Source of the DNA: Chthoniobacteraceae bacterium | GTDB taxonomy: Bacteria; Verrucomicrobiota; Verrucomicrobiia; Chthoniobacterales; Chthoniobacteraceae | Direction of reading: 5' to 3' | Length of the DNA: 18,693 nucleotides | Assembly (NCBI GenBank): GCA_040081625.1 | Contig: JBEBGD010000109.1 | Span: forward strand, 1-18,693 | Shown here: piece by piece, positions 5,887-15,555 of the stretch | How the letters are laid out: each line of letters opens with the position of its first letter | Numbering within the stretch: the stretch's first letter is position 1 | Made by a program: the position numbers and the translations under genes | The notes under the pieces: model-generated | Databases searched by the model: none | Seen by the model: only the letters and a program-made list of their open reading frames with translations | What the model was told of the DNA's origin: nothing

Positions 5887-8800
5887 ATGCCGCGCCACAA
5901 CCGGCCATCACCTCTCTCGCCATCCGCCGCTTCCGCACCAGCGCAACCTGCACCAACGCCCGCTTCTGCGGTAAGCGCGGCGCAGCTCCGGCTGGAACTG
6001 CACGACCTCGTGGCGGCGGACCTCGTCGGTCCCGCGCACGACGGCGGCGAGGAAGAGGAACTCCCGAGCGTGATGCGAACGCGTCCGCGCGAGCGCTACC
6101 TGTGCGGGATGCTCGCGCCGGCACGGACGCCGGGCATGGCGAGCGACGAGGCGCGGCTCGCGGTGGCGACGAAGGCGCCAGACGAAGGCGCAGACGAAGC
6201 GGAAAACGTGAGTGAGCACATGTTCTCCTCGTCCATCGGCGTCAGCTTCACCGTGGCGGCGGATGCTGCGGCGGTGGACATCGAGGCGCGCTGGGGACGC
6301 TACGAGCGCGGCCCGAGCGCGCGGGAAGTGACGGAGAAAACCGGCCAGCCGCGAACCGTGTGGAAACGAAAGCCAATGCGCGGCTCGCGCTCGCTCGCGC
6401 TCGTGGAAGGGGACGCACCACGGGTGGCGATGGCCGACGATCCCGCGGTGTTTCTCGATGCGCGCGTGCGCCGGAGGCCGGAAGGCTGGATCATCACGGT
6501 GTTCCTCGTGAACCGGCACGATCCCGCGCAGGCGAAGTCGGATTCCGCGTGGCTTTTCCAGCCGGAGCTTCGCGTGAGTGGGCCGGATAACGCGGCGATT
6601 TTCGAGCGGCACGGCGCGAACGGGCGCGCGACTTTCGCCGAAGCTGAGCGCGAGGAACGCGAGCATCACGCGATGATCTACCGCGACGACGTGCAGTTTG
6701 CTACCGGCCACGGCGTCGCCGTCCACGCCACGCCCGCGCCCGGCACGCCCGCCCGCGCTACGGTCATCGTCACACGCGTGATGCCATTTTTCGACGTGCC
6801 GCAGGTCGAGGCGCCGCGCGCAGACGAGAACCGTGACCTGCGCGGCCTGCTGCTCGACATGAAGGAACTGGCCGAGTGCGCGCCGACCGAGGTCGTCATC
6901 GCACTGCGCGTGCTTGCGACGGCGTATGAAAAGTGGATTTCCAAGCGCACGGACGAAGTGGCTGCCAACGCTCACGGTCTCGCTGCCCATGGCGCGGCGG
7001 CGGAACGCGCGCTCACCGCCTGCCGTCGCGCGCACGCACGCATCGCCGCGGGCGTCGAGCTGCTCGCGACGAATACGACTGCAATGGAGGCGTTCCAATT
7101 CGCCAACCGCGCGATGTGGCAGCAGCGACTGCACACCCTCATCGCCCGCGCGACTCGCAAGGGCCGCCTCGCGGAATCGCTGACGTTCGACGATCCGAAA
7201 TACCGTTCGTGGCGTCCGTTTCAGCTCGCCTTCATCCTGCTGAATCTGCCCGGCATCACGGACCTGCATCACCCGGAGCGTTCGCATCCCACGGACGCCG
7301 CGGCGGATTTGCTTTGGTTCCCAACCGGCGGTGGCAAGACGGAGGCGTATCTCGGCCTCACGGGCTACACGCTCGCGCTGCGCCGTCTGCAAGGCCCCAT
7401 CGCCGGCCACAGCGGCGAGCACGGGCTCGCGGTGCTCATGCGCTACACGCTGCGCCTGCTCACGCTCCAGCAATTTCAGCGCGCCGCGACGCTGCTGTGC
7501 GCGTGCGAATTCATCCGCAAGGGCGACGAGAAAAAATGGGGTCGCACGCCATTTCGCATCGGCCTCTGGGTCGGGCGAAAGACGACGCCGAACACGACCG
7601 CGCAAGCCGCCGAGGCGATTCAGGAATTGATCGACTCGAATTTCACCACGCACGGTTCGCCCGCGCAGCTCACGACGTGTCCGTGGTGCGGCACGCGCAT
7701 CCTGCCGGGCCGGGACATCGTGGTGTATCGCCGGCCCGGTGACATCGGCCGCACGGTGCTCTACTGCGGCGACGAGCGCGGCTTCTGCCCGTTCTCGCGC
7801 AGGCACGCGGATCGCGAAGGGCTGCCGGTGCTGGTCGTGGACGAGGAAATTTACCGCCGCCCGCCTTCGGTGCTCGTGGCCACCGTGGACAAGTTCGCGC
7901 AGATGCCGTGGCGCGGCGAAGTGCAGATGCTTTTTGGCCGCGTGACGGGCGAGTGTCCGCGCCATGGATTTCTCTCACCCCAGGTGGACGACGCCTCACG
8001 CCACAACGCCACGCCGCCGCATCCCGCATCGCAGAATCAACCGCATCCGCTGCTGCGTCCGCCAGACCTCATCATCCAGGACGAACTGCATCTCATCAGC
8101 GGCCCGCTCGGCTCGATGGTCGGCCTCTACGAAACCGCCGTGGACGAGTTGTGCTCGTGGACCGTGGACGGCAAGCGCGTGCGCCCGAAGGTCGTCGCCT
8201 CGACCGCGACTATCCGGCGTGCGGCAGAGCAGGTGCGGCAGCTTTTCGTGCGGCAGGTCGAAGTCTTTCCGCCGCCGGGAGTCCATGCGGACGACAATTT
8301 TTTCGCCGTGAAACGCGCGCCTGAAGTGCTGCCCGGTCGGCGCTACGTGGGCGTGTGCGCATTCGGTCGGCGGTTCCCCGAGGCGCTCATCCGGTTGAAA
8401 GTCGCCGTCATGGCCGCGGCGCAAAAGCTCTACGTCAAATACGACTACGCGGCGGACCCATGGATGACGCTCGTGGGTTACTTCAATTCCATCCGCGAAC
8501 TCGGCGGCGCGCGCCGGGTGGTGGACGACGACATCCGCGCGCGCCTTTTCCGAGCCGACGAACGCGGGCTCGCGCGTCGCTCGCTGCGCCGCGTCGAGGA
8601 ACTCACGTCGCGCCAGCGCAGCGATCGTATCCCGGAAATTCTCGACCGGCTCGACATCCGCTTCGCCGCTGCGGATGAAGCGGCGCGCAAGGCATTGCAG
8701 GAGGCAAACAAGAAGGTCGAGCCCCCGTTACCTTACGATGTGATCCTGGCCACGAACATGATCTCCGTGGGCGTGGACGTGGACCGACTCGGGCTGATGG

Positions 8801-9441
8801 TCGTGGCTGGCCAGCCGAAGACGACCGCCGAATACATTCAGGCGACGAGCCGCGTCGGGCGTCAAAGCCCAGGCCTCGTCTTCATGCTCTTCAACTGGGC
8901 GCGCCCGCGAGACCTGTCGCACTACGAGACTTTCGAGCACTACCACGCGACCTTTTATCAGCATGTCGAGGCGCTCTCCATCACTCCCTTCGCGCCGCGA
9001 GCGCTCGACCGCGGTCTTTCCGCCGTGATGACCGCGCTCATCCGCCAGCCCGAAGCCCGGCTTAATGCTAACGAAAGCGCCGCTGCACTCGCGGACCACG
9101 ATCCGCTGCTGGTGGCGGCCATGGAAACGCTCGCCGCGCGCGCGGAGAACACGACGCAGCGTAAAGACCGGCGCAAGGAAACGCTCGATGCTGTGGAAGA
9201 ACGACGCCAGCACTGGCTGAAAAAGGCGCGTGCCGGCGGTGGCGCACGGCTCGGCTACGTGGAGCAGTCCGACAAGAACAACGAGTGCGTTGGTCTGCTG
9301 AGTTCTCCGGGCCAACTCGGGTGGAGTCTTTTCACGTGTCTGCACTCGCTTCGCGACGTGGAGCCGACTGTTCACCTTCTCCTAAGCGAAGCGCCGCTCG
9401 ATTCCGCGGCGCCCCAACCACCACCGCCGCCCGCTCCATGA
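5887..9441 (+). CDS. drmA: DISARM SF2 helicase DrmA, 1184 aa
   Basis: Q-motif WRPFQLAF, Walker A FPTGGGKTEAYLG, MRYTLRLLT.QQFQRA, CPWCG, ATVDKFA, Walker B IIQDELH, STAT, ATNMISVGVD and YIQATSRVGR. Followed by DUF1998 and PLD genes. Confidence 0.93.
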   Translation: MPRHNRPSPLSPSAASAPAQPAPTPASAVSAAQLRLELHDLVAADLVGPAHDGGEEEELPSVMRTRPRERYLCGMLAPARTPGMASDEARLAVATKAPDEGADEAENVSEHMFSSSIGVSFTVAADAAAVDIEARWGRYERGPSAREVTEKTGQPRTVWKRKPMRGSRSLALVEGDAPRVAMADDPAVFLDARVRRRPEGWIITVFLVNRHDPAQAKSDSAWLFQPELRVSGPDNAAIFERHGANGRATFAEAEREEREHHAMIYRDDVQFATGHGVAVHATPAPGTPARATVIVTRVMPFFDVPQVEAPRADENRDLRGLLLDMKELAECAPTEVVIALRVLATAYEKWISKRTDEVAANAHGLAAHGAAAERALTACRRAHARIAAGVELLATNTTAMEAFQFANRAMWQQRLHTLIARATRKGRLAESLTFDDPKYRSWRPFQLAFILLNLPGITDLHHPERSHPTDAAADLLWFPTGGGKTEAYLGLTGYTLALRRLQGPIAGHSGEHGLAVLMRYTLRLLTLQQFQRAATLLCACEFIRKGDEKKWGRTPFRIGLWVGRKTTPNTTAQAAEAIQELIDSNFTTHGSPAQLTTCPWCGTRILPGRDIVVYRRPGDIGRTVLYCGDERGFCPFSRRHADREGLPVLVVDEEIYRRPPSVLVATVDKFAQMPWRGEVQMLFGRVTGECPRHGFLSPQVDDASRHNATPPHPASQNQPHPLLRPPDLIIQDELHLISGPLGSMVGLYETAVDELCSWTVDGKRVRPKVVASTATIRRAAEQVRQLFVRQVEVFPPPGVHADDNFFAVKRAPEVLPGRRYVGVCAFGRRFPEALIRLKVAVMAAAQKLYVKYDYAADPWMTLVGYFNSIRELGGARRVVDDDIRARLFRADERGLARRSLRRVEELTSRQRSDRIPEILDRLDIRFAAADEAARKALQEANKKVEPPLPYDVILATNMISVGVDVDRLGLMVVAGQPKTTAEYIQATSRVGRQSPGLVFMLFNWARPRDLSHYETFEHYHATFYQHVEALSITPFAPRALDRGLSAVMTALIRQPEARLNANESAAALADHDPLLVAAMETLAARAENTTQRKDRRKETLDAVEERRQHWLKKARAGGGARLGYVEQSDKNNECVGLLSSPGQLGWSLFTCLHSLRDVEPTVHLLLSEAPLDSAAPQPPPPPAP

Positions 9442-11288
9442 AACCGGTCGGTCAACTCCGCCCCAGCCAGCTCATTTTCACTTTCGGTGTCGGCTCGCTC
9501 ACGGATTTGCCGTCGCTGTCCGTCATCATCATGGGGCTCGATGAGTGGCGTGACGAAGCGAGGTTGAACATCACCGAGGAGCGCCTGCTCGCCGCCGTGC
9601 GCGCGCTGCTCGGCGCGCAGGTCGAGGCTTTGAAGCTCGCGCCCGCCGACTGGGATGCGGATGGCCTCAAACCAAGCGAACCGGGCCTTGGTGTCCCTGT
9701 CGCTGCCTTTCCCCGCTGGCTGCGCTGTCCCCGGTGCGGCGCGATGGGCACGATCGACCGCGGCGTGTTTGAACTTCGCGAGGATCGTTACCGCCCGGAA
9801 TTGACCTGCTACGTCCACGCGGCCTGCCAAAAGGCCGAAAAGCCCCGCGCGTTGCCGATGCGATTTCTGCGTGCGTGTCGAAATGGGCACGTCAGCGATG
9901 TGGACTGGGATGATTTCGTTCACAGCGGGATGCCGTGCGCAAATGGCGGCGGCGGCTTGCGGTTCACTGAGATGGGCGGGGCCGATGAACCCGTGGATCT
10001 CATGGTGCGATGCACCGCTTGTAATATTCCACGCATCGTCGCGGACGTTTTCGAGGGCGAAAAATACCCGTCCGCGTGTTCGGGATTTCATCCGCACCTT
10101 CGGCGTTACGACGCCGTGTCGTGCAGTGAACCGGCACGCACCGTCGTGCTGGGCGCGTCGAACCTCTGGTTTTCAATCGTGCTGTCCGTGCTCTCGCTAC
10201 CGCCGAGAAATGACAAGCTCGCGCGGCTCGTGGCCGAGAAATGGGCGCTCCTCGGGATCGTCACCAGCGAGGATACGGCCCGCTTTTTTCTGAACCTCCC
10301 GCAAGCCGCGCCATTCGACGGTTTCGATGCGGCGCAGGTTTGGCAGGCCATCGAAAAGAAGCGGACTGCCGACAAAGCGGCAGCCGGAGCGAGCGCCGAG
10401 CCCGCCGACCTTTACACGCCGGAGTGGCGAATCCTCAGTGATCCGGCAACGGCACCGGTGACTGAGGACTTCCAACTGCGCGAGGTTCCTCCGCCTTTCG
10501 GTTTCGAGGCTTCGTTCACGCGCACCGTCCTTGTCGAGCGGATGCGCGAAGTGCGGGCGCTGATCGGTTTCAATCGTATCGAGTCGCGCGGCGAGTTCAC
10601 CGAGGCCGACGTTGCTGCCGACGAGCGTCGCGTTCCGCTGTGCCGCGGCTCGGAGAAATGGGTGCCAGCGGCGGAAGTTCGTGGCGAAGGAATTTTCCTC
10701 CAGTTTCGCGAGGAGGCTGTGCAGAAATGGTTGGCGACCGCTTCGGTGGAAACGAGGAAAGAGGAGTTCAGCACTGGGCATCGCGAGTGGCGCCGGTTTC
10801 GCAAACTCCAGCCTCCCGAGGCCATGTTTCCCGGCCTGCGATACGTCTTGCTGCACAGCGTTGCGCACTCGCTTCTGCGGCAACTCGCGGTTGAATGTGG
10901 TTACGCGGCGGCAAGCATCCGCGAGCGGATTTACTGTCGTGAAGCGTCCGCCGGAGTGGAGCCGATGGCCGGAATTCTCCTCTACACGGCTGCCAGCGAC
11001 AGCGAAGGCACGCTCGGCGGCCTCGTCGCGCTGGGGGAGCCTGACGCATTTGGTCGCCTGCTCGCCGGTGCGCTCGCGTCCGCCGCCCTGTGCGGCAGTG
11101 ACCCGCTATGCGCAGAACATCCGCCAACGCTGGACCCGAAGACGCTCCACGGCGCTTGTTGCCATGCCTGCCTCTTTGCTTCGGAGACGAGCTGTGAGCG
11201 GGGTAATCGTTTTCTCGACCGCGCTGTGCTTACGCCCACGCTCAAGCACGCCGACATAGCGTTCTTCAAGCCTGCTGCTGAAGTATGA
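9438..11288 (+). CDS. drmB: DISARM DUF1998 helicase-associated protein DrmB, ~616 aa
   Basis: ATGA overlap with the drmA stop. Starts MKPVGQLRPSQLIFTFGVGS, has several Cys motifs (CPRCG, CRNGH, CTAC), LLHS.AH.L...LA.ECGY, EGTLGGLV, and the C-terminal DUF1998 CGSDPLC...ACCHAC...ETSCE..N.FLDR. Confidence 0.93.
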   Translation: MKPVGQLRPSQLIFTFGVGSLTDLPSLSVIIMGLDEWRDEARLNITEERLLAAVRALLGAQVEALKLAPADWDADGLKPSEPGLGVPVAAFPRWLRCPRCGAMGTIDRGVFELREDRYRPELTCYVHAACQKAEKPRALPMRFLRACRNGHVSDVDWDDFVHSGMPCANGGGGLRFTEMGGADEPVDLMVRCTACNIPRIVADVFEGEKYPSACSGFHPHLRRYDAVSCSEPARTVVLGASNLWFSIVLSVLSLPPRNDKLARLVAEKWALLGIVTSEDTARFFLNLPQAAPFDGFDAAQVWQAIEKKRTADKAAAGASAEPADLYTPEWRILSDPATAPVTEDFQLREVPPPFGFEASFTRTVLVERMREVRALIGFNRIESRGEFTEADVAADERRVPLCRGSEKWVPAAEVRGEGIFLQFREEAVQKWLATASVETRKEEFSTGHREWRRFRKLQPPEAMFPGLRYVLLHSVAHSLLRQLAVECGYAAASIRERIYCREASAGVEPMAGILLYTAASDSEGTLGGLVALGEPDAFGRLLAGALASAALCGSDPLCAEHPPTLDPKTLHGACCHACLFASETSCERGNRFLDRAVLTPTLKHADIAFFKPAAEV

Positions 11289-12061
11289 CGCCAGCCGCGT
11301 CAATCGCTGCATTAGCTGCTCGGCTCGGAACCGCCGCCCTCGAACGCGCATGTTGCTTGCTCGAAAGTGCGTCGTCCGAGGCAAGCGCTTCTGAGGTATT
11401 GCGCATCGCCGCAGAAGACTTCGCACCTTGGGCGGCAGCGGAACTCGAAGCGATTGCGACATGTGTCCCGAACCCGTCTGCACTGGCACTCGCGTTGCGC
11501 ACTGCGGCAGTGTCGGATGATTTGGCTCGGGCAAGGTGCGGCGAAACAGAACCTGTGTGGAGCGGTCCGACTGTTGGTTCGACTGGATTGCGGAGCATCG
11601 AGCAAGCTCTGAGGGATGTTATTCTTTCCGCGACCAGTGAGTTATGGTTGGTCTCATTCGCGGCTTTCCGGGTGGCGCACTTGTCCGATGCCTTGAAACA
11701 AACGGCCAATCGGGGAACGCGTCTGCACTTCCTACTTGAGTCCGCCGACGACAGCGAAGGCGCACTGACCGTAGATGCCCGGGCAGCATTCGACCCACAA
11801 CTTCCGGTGACATTCTACACCTGGCCTCTTGAGAACCGGGCGCGGAATGCCCTGGGGCGCCCTGGCAAGCTGCACGCAAAATTTGCGGTGGCAGATGCGC
11901 AAACGGCTATCGTTTCGAGCGCGAATTTGACTGCCGACGCGTTGGAGCGAAACCTCGAATGCGGTGTTTTGATCCGCGGCGGCCCGGTGCCTGCCAAACT
12001 TGCCGAGCAACTTGCCCGATTGGTGGCAACCGGGCAAATCAGGGTTGTCACTGCAACCTAG
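11285..12061 (+). CDS. drmC: DISARM phospholipase D-family nuclease DrmC, 258 aa
   Basis: ATGA overlap with the drmB stop. VWSGP, single HKD motif HAKFAVAD, SANLT, NLECG. Confidence 0.9.
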   Translation: MTPAASIAALAARLGTAALERACCLLESASSEASASEVLRIAAEDFAPWAAAELEAIATCVPNPSALALALRTAAVSDDLARARCGETEPVWSGPTVGSTGLRSIEQALRDVILSATSELWLVSFAAFRVAHLSDALKQTANRGTRLHFLLESADDSEGALTVDARAAFDPQLPVTFYTWPLENRARNALGRPGKLHAKFAVADAQTAIVSSANLTADALERNLECGVLIRGGPVPAKLAEQLARLVATGQIRVVTAT

Positions 12062-12390
12062 GATACACCATATTCTTCATCGTCGGCAGCCGCCTCCGGG
12101 CAAGGAAAGTTTTTCGCGTGTCAGCGCCCGCCCAGCGTTCATGCACCACAATTCACTGCGACTGCTTTTGCCAGTGGCGCTTTACCACCGCGCAAACCAA
12201 GTGACTCGCCGAGCGCCGATTTCGCACGCCCCACAGCGCCGGGTTGCCGGCGATTTAGTGGATCGCATCGACCGTGTAACCCTCGACCATTGCGAGCGCG
12301 ATGCGCGCCTGCACGTTCAGTCATGGGACGCCACGATGGAGCGCGCCACGCCGCGCAAGCCTCCGATTAAACACGGTTTCCCGTTACTGC

Positions 12391-12408
12391 TGTCGGATGC
12401 ATCCGACA
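12391..12408. repeat. Perfect 18-bp palindrome just downstream of terL
   Basis: TGTCGGATG|CATCCGACA, 9 nt beyond the terL stop at 12418. Confidence 0.75.
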
Positions 12409-12417
12409 CCGGCCCCG

Positions 12418-14343
12418 TCACGCGTGCCGTCGCCACGCGTTCGGCCCGCGATCTGGCGGCCCTTTGCGCCGGCGCCGCTTGCCGACGAAGTAGGTCGCGC
12501 CGGCCATCGTCACGAGCGCGATGCCGAGCGCGATAACGTGATCGTCGTGCGGCGCGCGGTCCACGCCATCCGGTTGCCGCGCCATCTTCGCGCACTCGTC
12601 CTGCAAGACGCGGCTCGGGCTCAGGATGCCGTTGCCAAGGTCGCCCGACTTCGCCCCCTCGGCGTTCGCCCTGATCGCGGCCTTGAGCGTGGCGATCAAC
12701 TGCGGGCGCGTTTTGCCGTCGGTCTTCCATCCGCTGTGGTCGGTCCATTCCTGCGTCACCTTGTCGAACTCCTGCCGTCGGTAGAGCGTCATGCCCATCG
12801 CCTTCGCCAGCACGAGGAAGGCGGCGCCGCTGCTGTTAACCTCGGGCGCCACCATGCAGTTGCCGTAGAAGCGAGCGAGCATCCAGACGTGCCGGGTGAG
12901 CACGTCGGGATCGTCGTCGTTCTGCGCGCGCAATCCGGCGCACTGGAAGGGCGGCTGCTTGCGGCCCTCGTCGTCGATGAACGGCGATCGCAGCACGACG
13001 GCCGCGTTGAAGTCGCTCGCGCCGCTGTTCTTCACCTGCTCCTTGCCCGTCATCGTATCGACGCCGACGTTGTAGCGGTAGCCTTCGCGCGGCTCCTGAT
13101 ACAGCTCGAGCCACGCGTCTTGCGGCTCGGTGCGCTGGAAAACGACGGCGCCGTCGGCCTGCTCGTGAAGGATGCCATACTCGACTGCCGGCGGCGCGAG
13201 GTCGCGCATCACGCGCACGCCTTCGCGGCTGAACGTGTGGCGGCCAGTGCTCGCGAACGCCACGCCGGGGCTGCTCGGGTTCTCCTGGTCGAACGCCTCC
13301 GCGTCGCCCTCGAACTCGGTCGCGATCACCGATCGACGCCAAGCAAGCTGCTCCTCGGTCGTCGCGTCGCACTCGCCGCCGAGCCGGCGCCCACGCGGCC
13401 CGTCCTGCTCGTAGCGATCGATCAAGTCGCGCTCCGTCCGGTCGAGCGTGTCGCGGATGCGCATCGCCTTCACGCCGTCGATCTCCATCCGGCACTCGTC
13501 ATCCTCGAACCACGCGGCGAAGATGCGGACGAACTGAAGCTCGTCACCGAACTCCATCACGGTTTGCGGGCTGTCGTGCTCGAACTGGTGCCACCACGTC
13601 GCCGACGCCGGCCAGCGCGCCCGCGTCCACGTATCGGCAAACGCTCCGGTCGAGCCGTTGGCCGTGCTCTCCTCGATGCCGAGCGTGAAGCCATGCCGCG
13701 GCACCGATCCGCGGATTGATCGCAGCGTGTCCTTGGCTGAGATCACGGCGCTGTCCTGCCAGCGCGCCACCTCGGAAGCGTGATACGCCTGCAAGCCGGC
13801 GCTTCGGCTCGCCTCGGGGTTCTCGGCGGTGTATCGCTGGCACGTCGAGCCGTTGGGCCACTGGACGAGATCGTCGATGACCTTGCTCGCCCGATGCCAG
13901 CCGGGGAAGGTGTCGTGCCGGTCGTAGTGCTTCACCATCGCCATGAGGTTCGCGCTCACCTCGTAGTCGGTCCCGATCACGCCGGCCCGCGTGCGGAAGT
14001 TGTGCGCGTGGATGTAGAGCAGGCCGCCGGCGCCGGTCGAGCCGCCGCCGCGCCTGATCTTCAGCGCGATCATGCGGCACGGGATGTCGAGCCCTTGGCA
14101 ATGGCGGTAGTATTCGATCATCCGGCGTTGGAGGGTCGTCGGCGTCCACGCGATCGGTTCCTTGGTGAGCCGGTGCTCGACCTTGCCGTGTAGTCGTCCC
14201 CAAAGGCCTGGATCGCCGCTGATCTCGAACGTCTCGGCCTCGGTGTAGAGCGCGTTGGCGAGTGGCTCATCGCGCGCCGGCGCCAGCGTGTCGGCGGTCC
14301 GCTTCCACGCGCTCGAGACCGGGGTTGTGGCGACGTCGCTCAT
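12418..14343 (-). CDS. terL: Phage terminase large subunit, ~641 aa
   Basis: Walker A-like ALKIRRGGGST, Walker B YHASEVARW, coupling motif EESTANG, and an RNase H-like nuclease domain (VGVDTMTG, SDFNA, APEVNSSG, HDDHVIALGIA). The start is uncertain: ATG 14343 or 14385; the ORF is open to 14466. Confidence 0.88.
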   Translation of the reverse strand: MSDVATTPVSSAWKRTADTLAPARDEPLANALYTEAETFEISGDPGLWGRLHGKVEHRLTKEPIAWTPTTLQRRMIEYYRHCQGLDIPCRMIALKIRRGGGSTGAGGLLYIHAHNFRTRAGVIGTDYEVSANLMAMVKHYDRHDTFPGWHRASKVIDDLVQWPNGSTCQRYTAENPEASRSAGLQAYHASEVARWQDSAVISAKDTLRSIRGSVPRHGFTLGIEESTANGSTGAFADTWTRARWPASATWWHQFEHDSPQTVMEFGDELQFVRIFAAWFEDDECRMEIDGVKAMRIRDTLDRTERDLIDRYEQDGPRGRRLGGECDATTEEQLAWRRSVIATEFEGDAEAFDQENPSSPGVAFASTGRHTFSREGVRVMRDLAPPAVEYGILHEQADGAVVFQRTEPQDAWLELYQEPREGYRYNVGVDTMTGKEQVKNSGASDFNAAVVLRSPFIDDEGRKQPPFQCAGLRAQNDDDPDVLTRHVWMLARFYGNCMVAPEVNSSGAAFLVLAKAMGMTLYRRQEFDKVTQEWTDHSGWKTDGKTRPQLIATLKAAIRANAEGAKSGDLGNGILSPSRVLQDECAKMARQPDGVDRAPHDDHVIALGIALVTMAGATYFVGKRRRRKGPPDRGPNAWRRHA

Positions 14344-14370
14344 TCCGAGGGGTAGGACAGCGGGCAACCG

Positions 14371-14393
14371 CGTGTCAGATGCCATCTGACACG
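14371..14393. repeat. 11-bp perfect inverted repeat with 1-nt spacer just upstream of terL
   Basis: CGTGTCAGATG-C-CATCTGACACG. The half-site TGTCAGATG differs by one base from the half-site of the 12391 palindrome. Confidence 0.75.
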
Positions 14394-14512
14394 GGCATCC
14401 AACAGAGTAGCGCGCTCGAAAAACCGTCGTCCTGGTCGCCGATTCGCGACCGTTTCGCGCGCACAAAACGCGCTGGCGAGGCGCCTGGGCGGCCTGTTTC
14501 GAGCCGATCGGC

Positions 14513-15043
14513 TCACGAGCGGCTCGCGTGCGCGGCCTGCTCGGCGCGGGCCTTGTCGAGCGCGGCGCGGGCCTCGGCGCGGGTCATGTGCGCGCCTTCG
14601 GTGATCTCGATGGACTGCTTCTCGCGCCACGTCGGGTCGAGTCGGCCAAGGATGCGGAGCAGAAGTGTCGTGTCGTATTCGATCTTGCGGCTCACCAACT
14701 TCCCGTCGCGGTCGAAGTGTTCCTGCGCGGTGCCCTCAACGGCCCGCCTGATTGCCTCGTCCTCGTAGGAGGCTCGCGCCTCGTCGAGGCATTCCTTCTC
14801 CTCCGCTGCAAAGGCCGGGTCGGTCTTGCGACGCAGCTTGACCATTCGATACGACACGCCGGCAGCGTCCGCGCTCCGACGGACCATGCCGAGCGACGAG
14901 AGCGCGGCGAAGTAAGCCCGCGTCCAGTCGCCGGGCTTTGGTCCCATCGTCGGGCGCGCGCGCGCGTCGGAAGGGGAAGACCGTGGTGGTTTCCCCTTCG
15001 GTTGTTTGCGCGGTGCCCGCGCTGGTAGTTGGTCGCTCTGCAT
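14513..15043 (-). CDS. terS: Phage terminase small subunit, ~176 aa
   Basis: HTH-like YFAALSSLGMVRRSADAAGVSY...RKTDPAFA, then EDEAIRRAVEG...F..DG......YDTTLLLRIL....P.WRE, a pattern common in small terminases. Lies directly upstream of terL. Start uncertain (14947, 15043 or 15196). Confidence 0.75.
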   Translation of the reverse strand: MQSDQLPARAPRKQPKGKPPRSSPSDARARPTMGPKPGDWTRAYFAALSSLGMVRRSADAAGVSYRMVKLRRKTDPAFAAEEKECLDEARASYEDEAIRRAVEGTAQEHFDRDGKLVSRKIEYDTTLLLRILGRLDPTWREKQSIEITEGAHMTRAEARAALDKARAEQAAHASRS

Positions 15044-15436
15044 GATCGTGACGTTGTGCAGTCGCCACGCGATCGCAAGCACCGCGCAGGCGAGTTCGCG
15101 CAACTCGGTCGATCGCGCCGAGCAGTCGGCGGTCGAAGCGTTCGAGTCATAAGGCTGTGCTTCAGCTAAGCCCGAGTGACGCAGTGGCAGGGTCATTGAC
15201 GAGCCGTCGCGCGCTGGACCGTCACAGCACGCCACGCACGGTGATCGCGTCGTTGTGCGCCGCACCTCGACACCGGATTGCCTCGCTCCATGCGCGCGTA
15301 GCCGCGTTGCGTTTCGTTGCGCGGTTTCGAGGCATGCAGCGCTGCGCTCACTTGTAAAAAATGGGGGTGCTCAAGCACGATCGCAACGACCGTGACACGC
15401 GTTTGGTCAAACGCCCGCAAAACACGCCACCAAGTA

Positions 15437-15456
15437 ACTTGCCAACTACTTGCCAA
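15437..15456. repeat. Tandem 9-bp direct repeat, candidate integrase arm-type sites
   Basis: ACTTGCCAA at 15437-15445 and 15448-15456 (11-bp period), about 110 bp inside the tRNA 3' end, in a lower-GC non-coding stretch. Confidence 0.5.
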
Positions 15457-15506
15457 ATAGAGTGCGTTTTCGTGCGTCTTGTCGCGCATCGCTGCACAAC
15501 GTGAGT

Positions 15507-15555
15507 TCACTCTGAATCGCTATGAAGCCCTCTATTCATCAGCATTCCAGAGTGA
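15507..15555 (-). terminator. Imperfect hairpin immediately downstream of the tRNA (possible terminator or att-associated dyad)
   Basis: TCACTCTG (15507-15514) pairs with CAGAGTGA (15548-15555), with inner ATGAA/TTCAT pairing. No clear U-tract. Confidence 0.4.

Noticed and set aside
5908..7965. 685-aa minus-strand ORF, and similar long shadow ORFs at 3278-3826, 4786-5898, 12301-13719 and 15732-17078
   Set aside because: They are antisense to well-supported genes and have the composition expected of shadow frames in high-GC DNA, with no motifs.
9285..9437. N-terminal extension of DrmB in the ORF track
   Set aside because: It overlaps drmA. The ATGA-coupled start at 9438 gives the conserved DrmB N-terminus.
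11511..11519. Single TGTCGGATG half-site inside drmC
   Set aside because: It has no partner arm and lies within a coding sequence, so it is compatible with chance.
15193..15510. 105-aa minus-strand ORF next to the tRNA
   Set aside because: It has no coding bias or motifs and spans the att-like repeat region.
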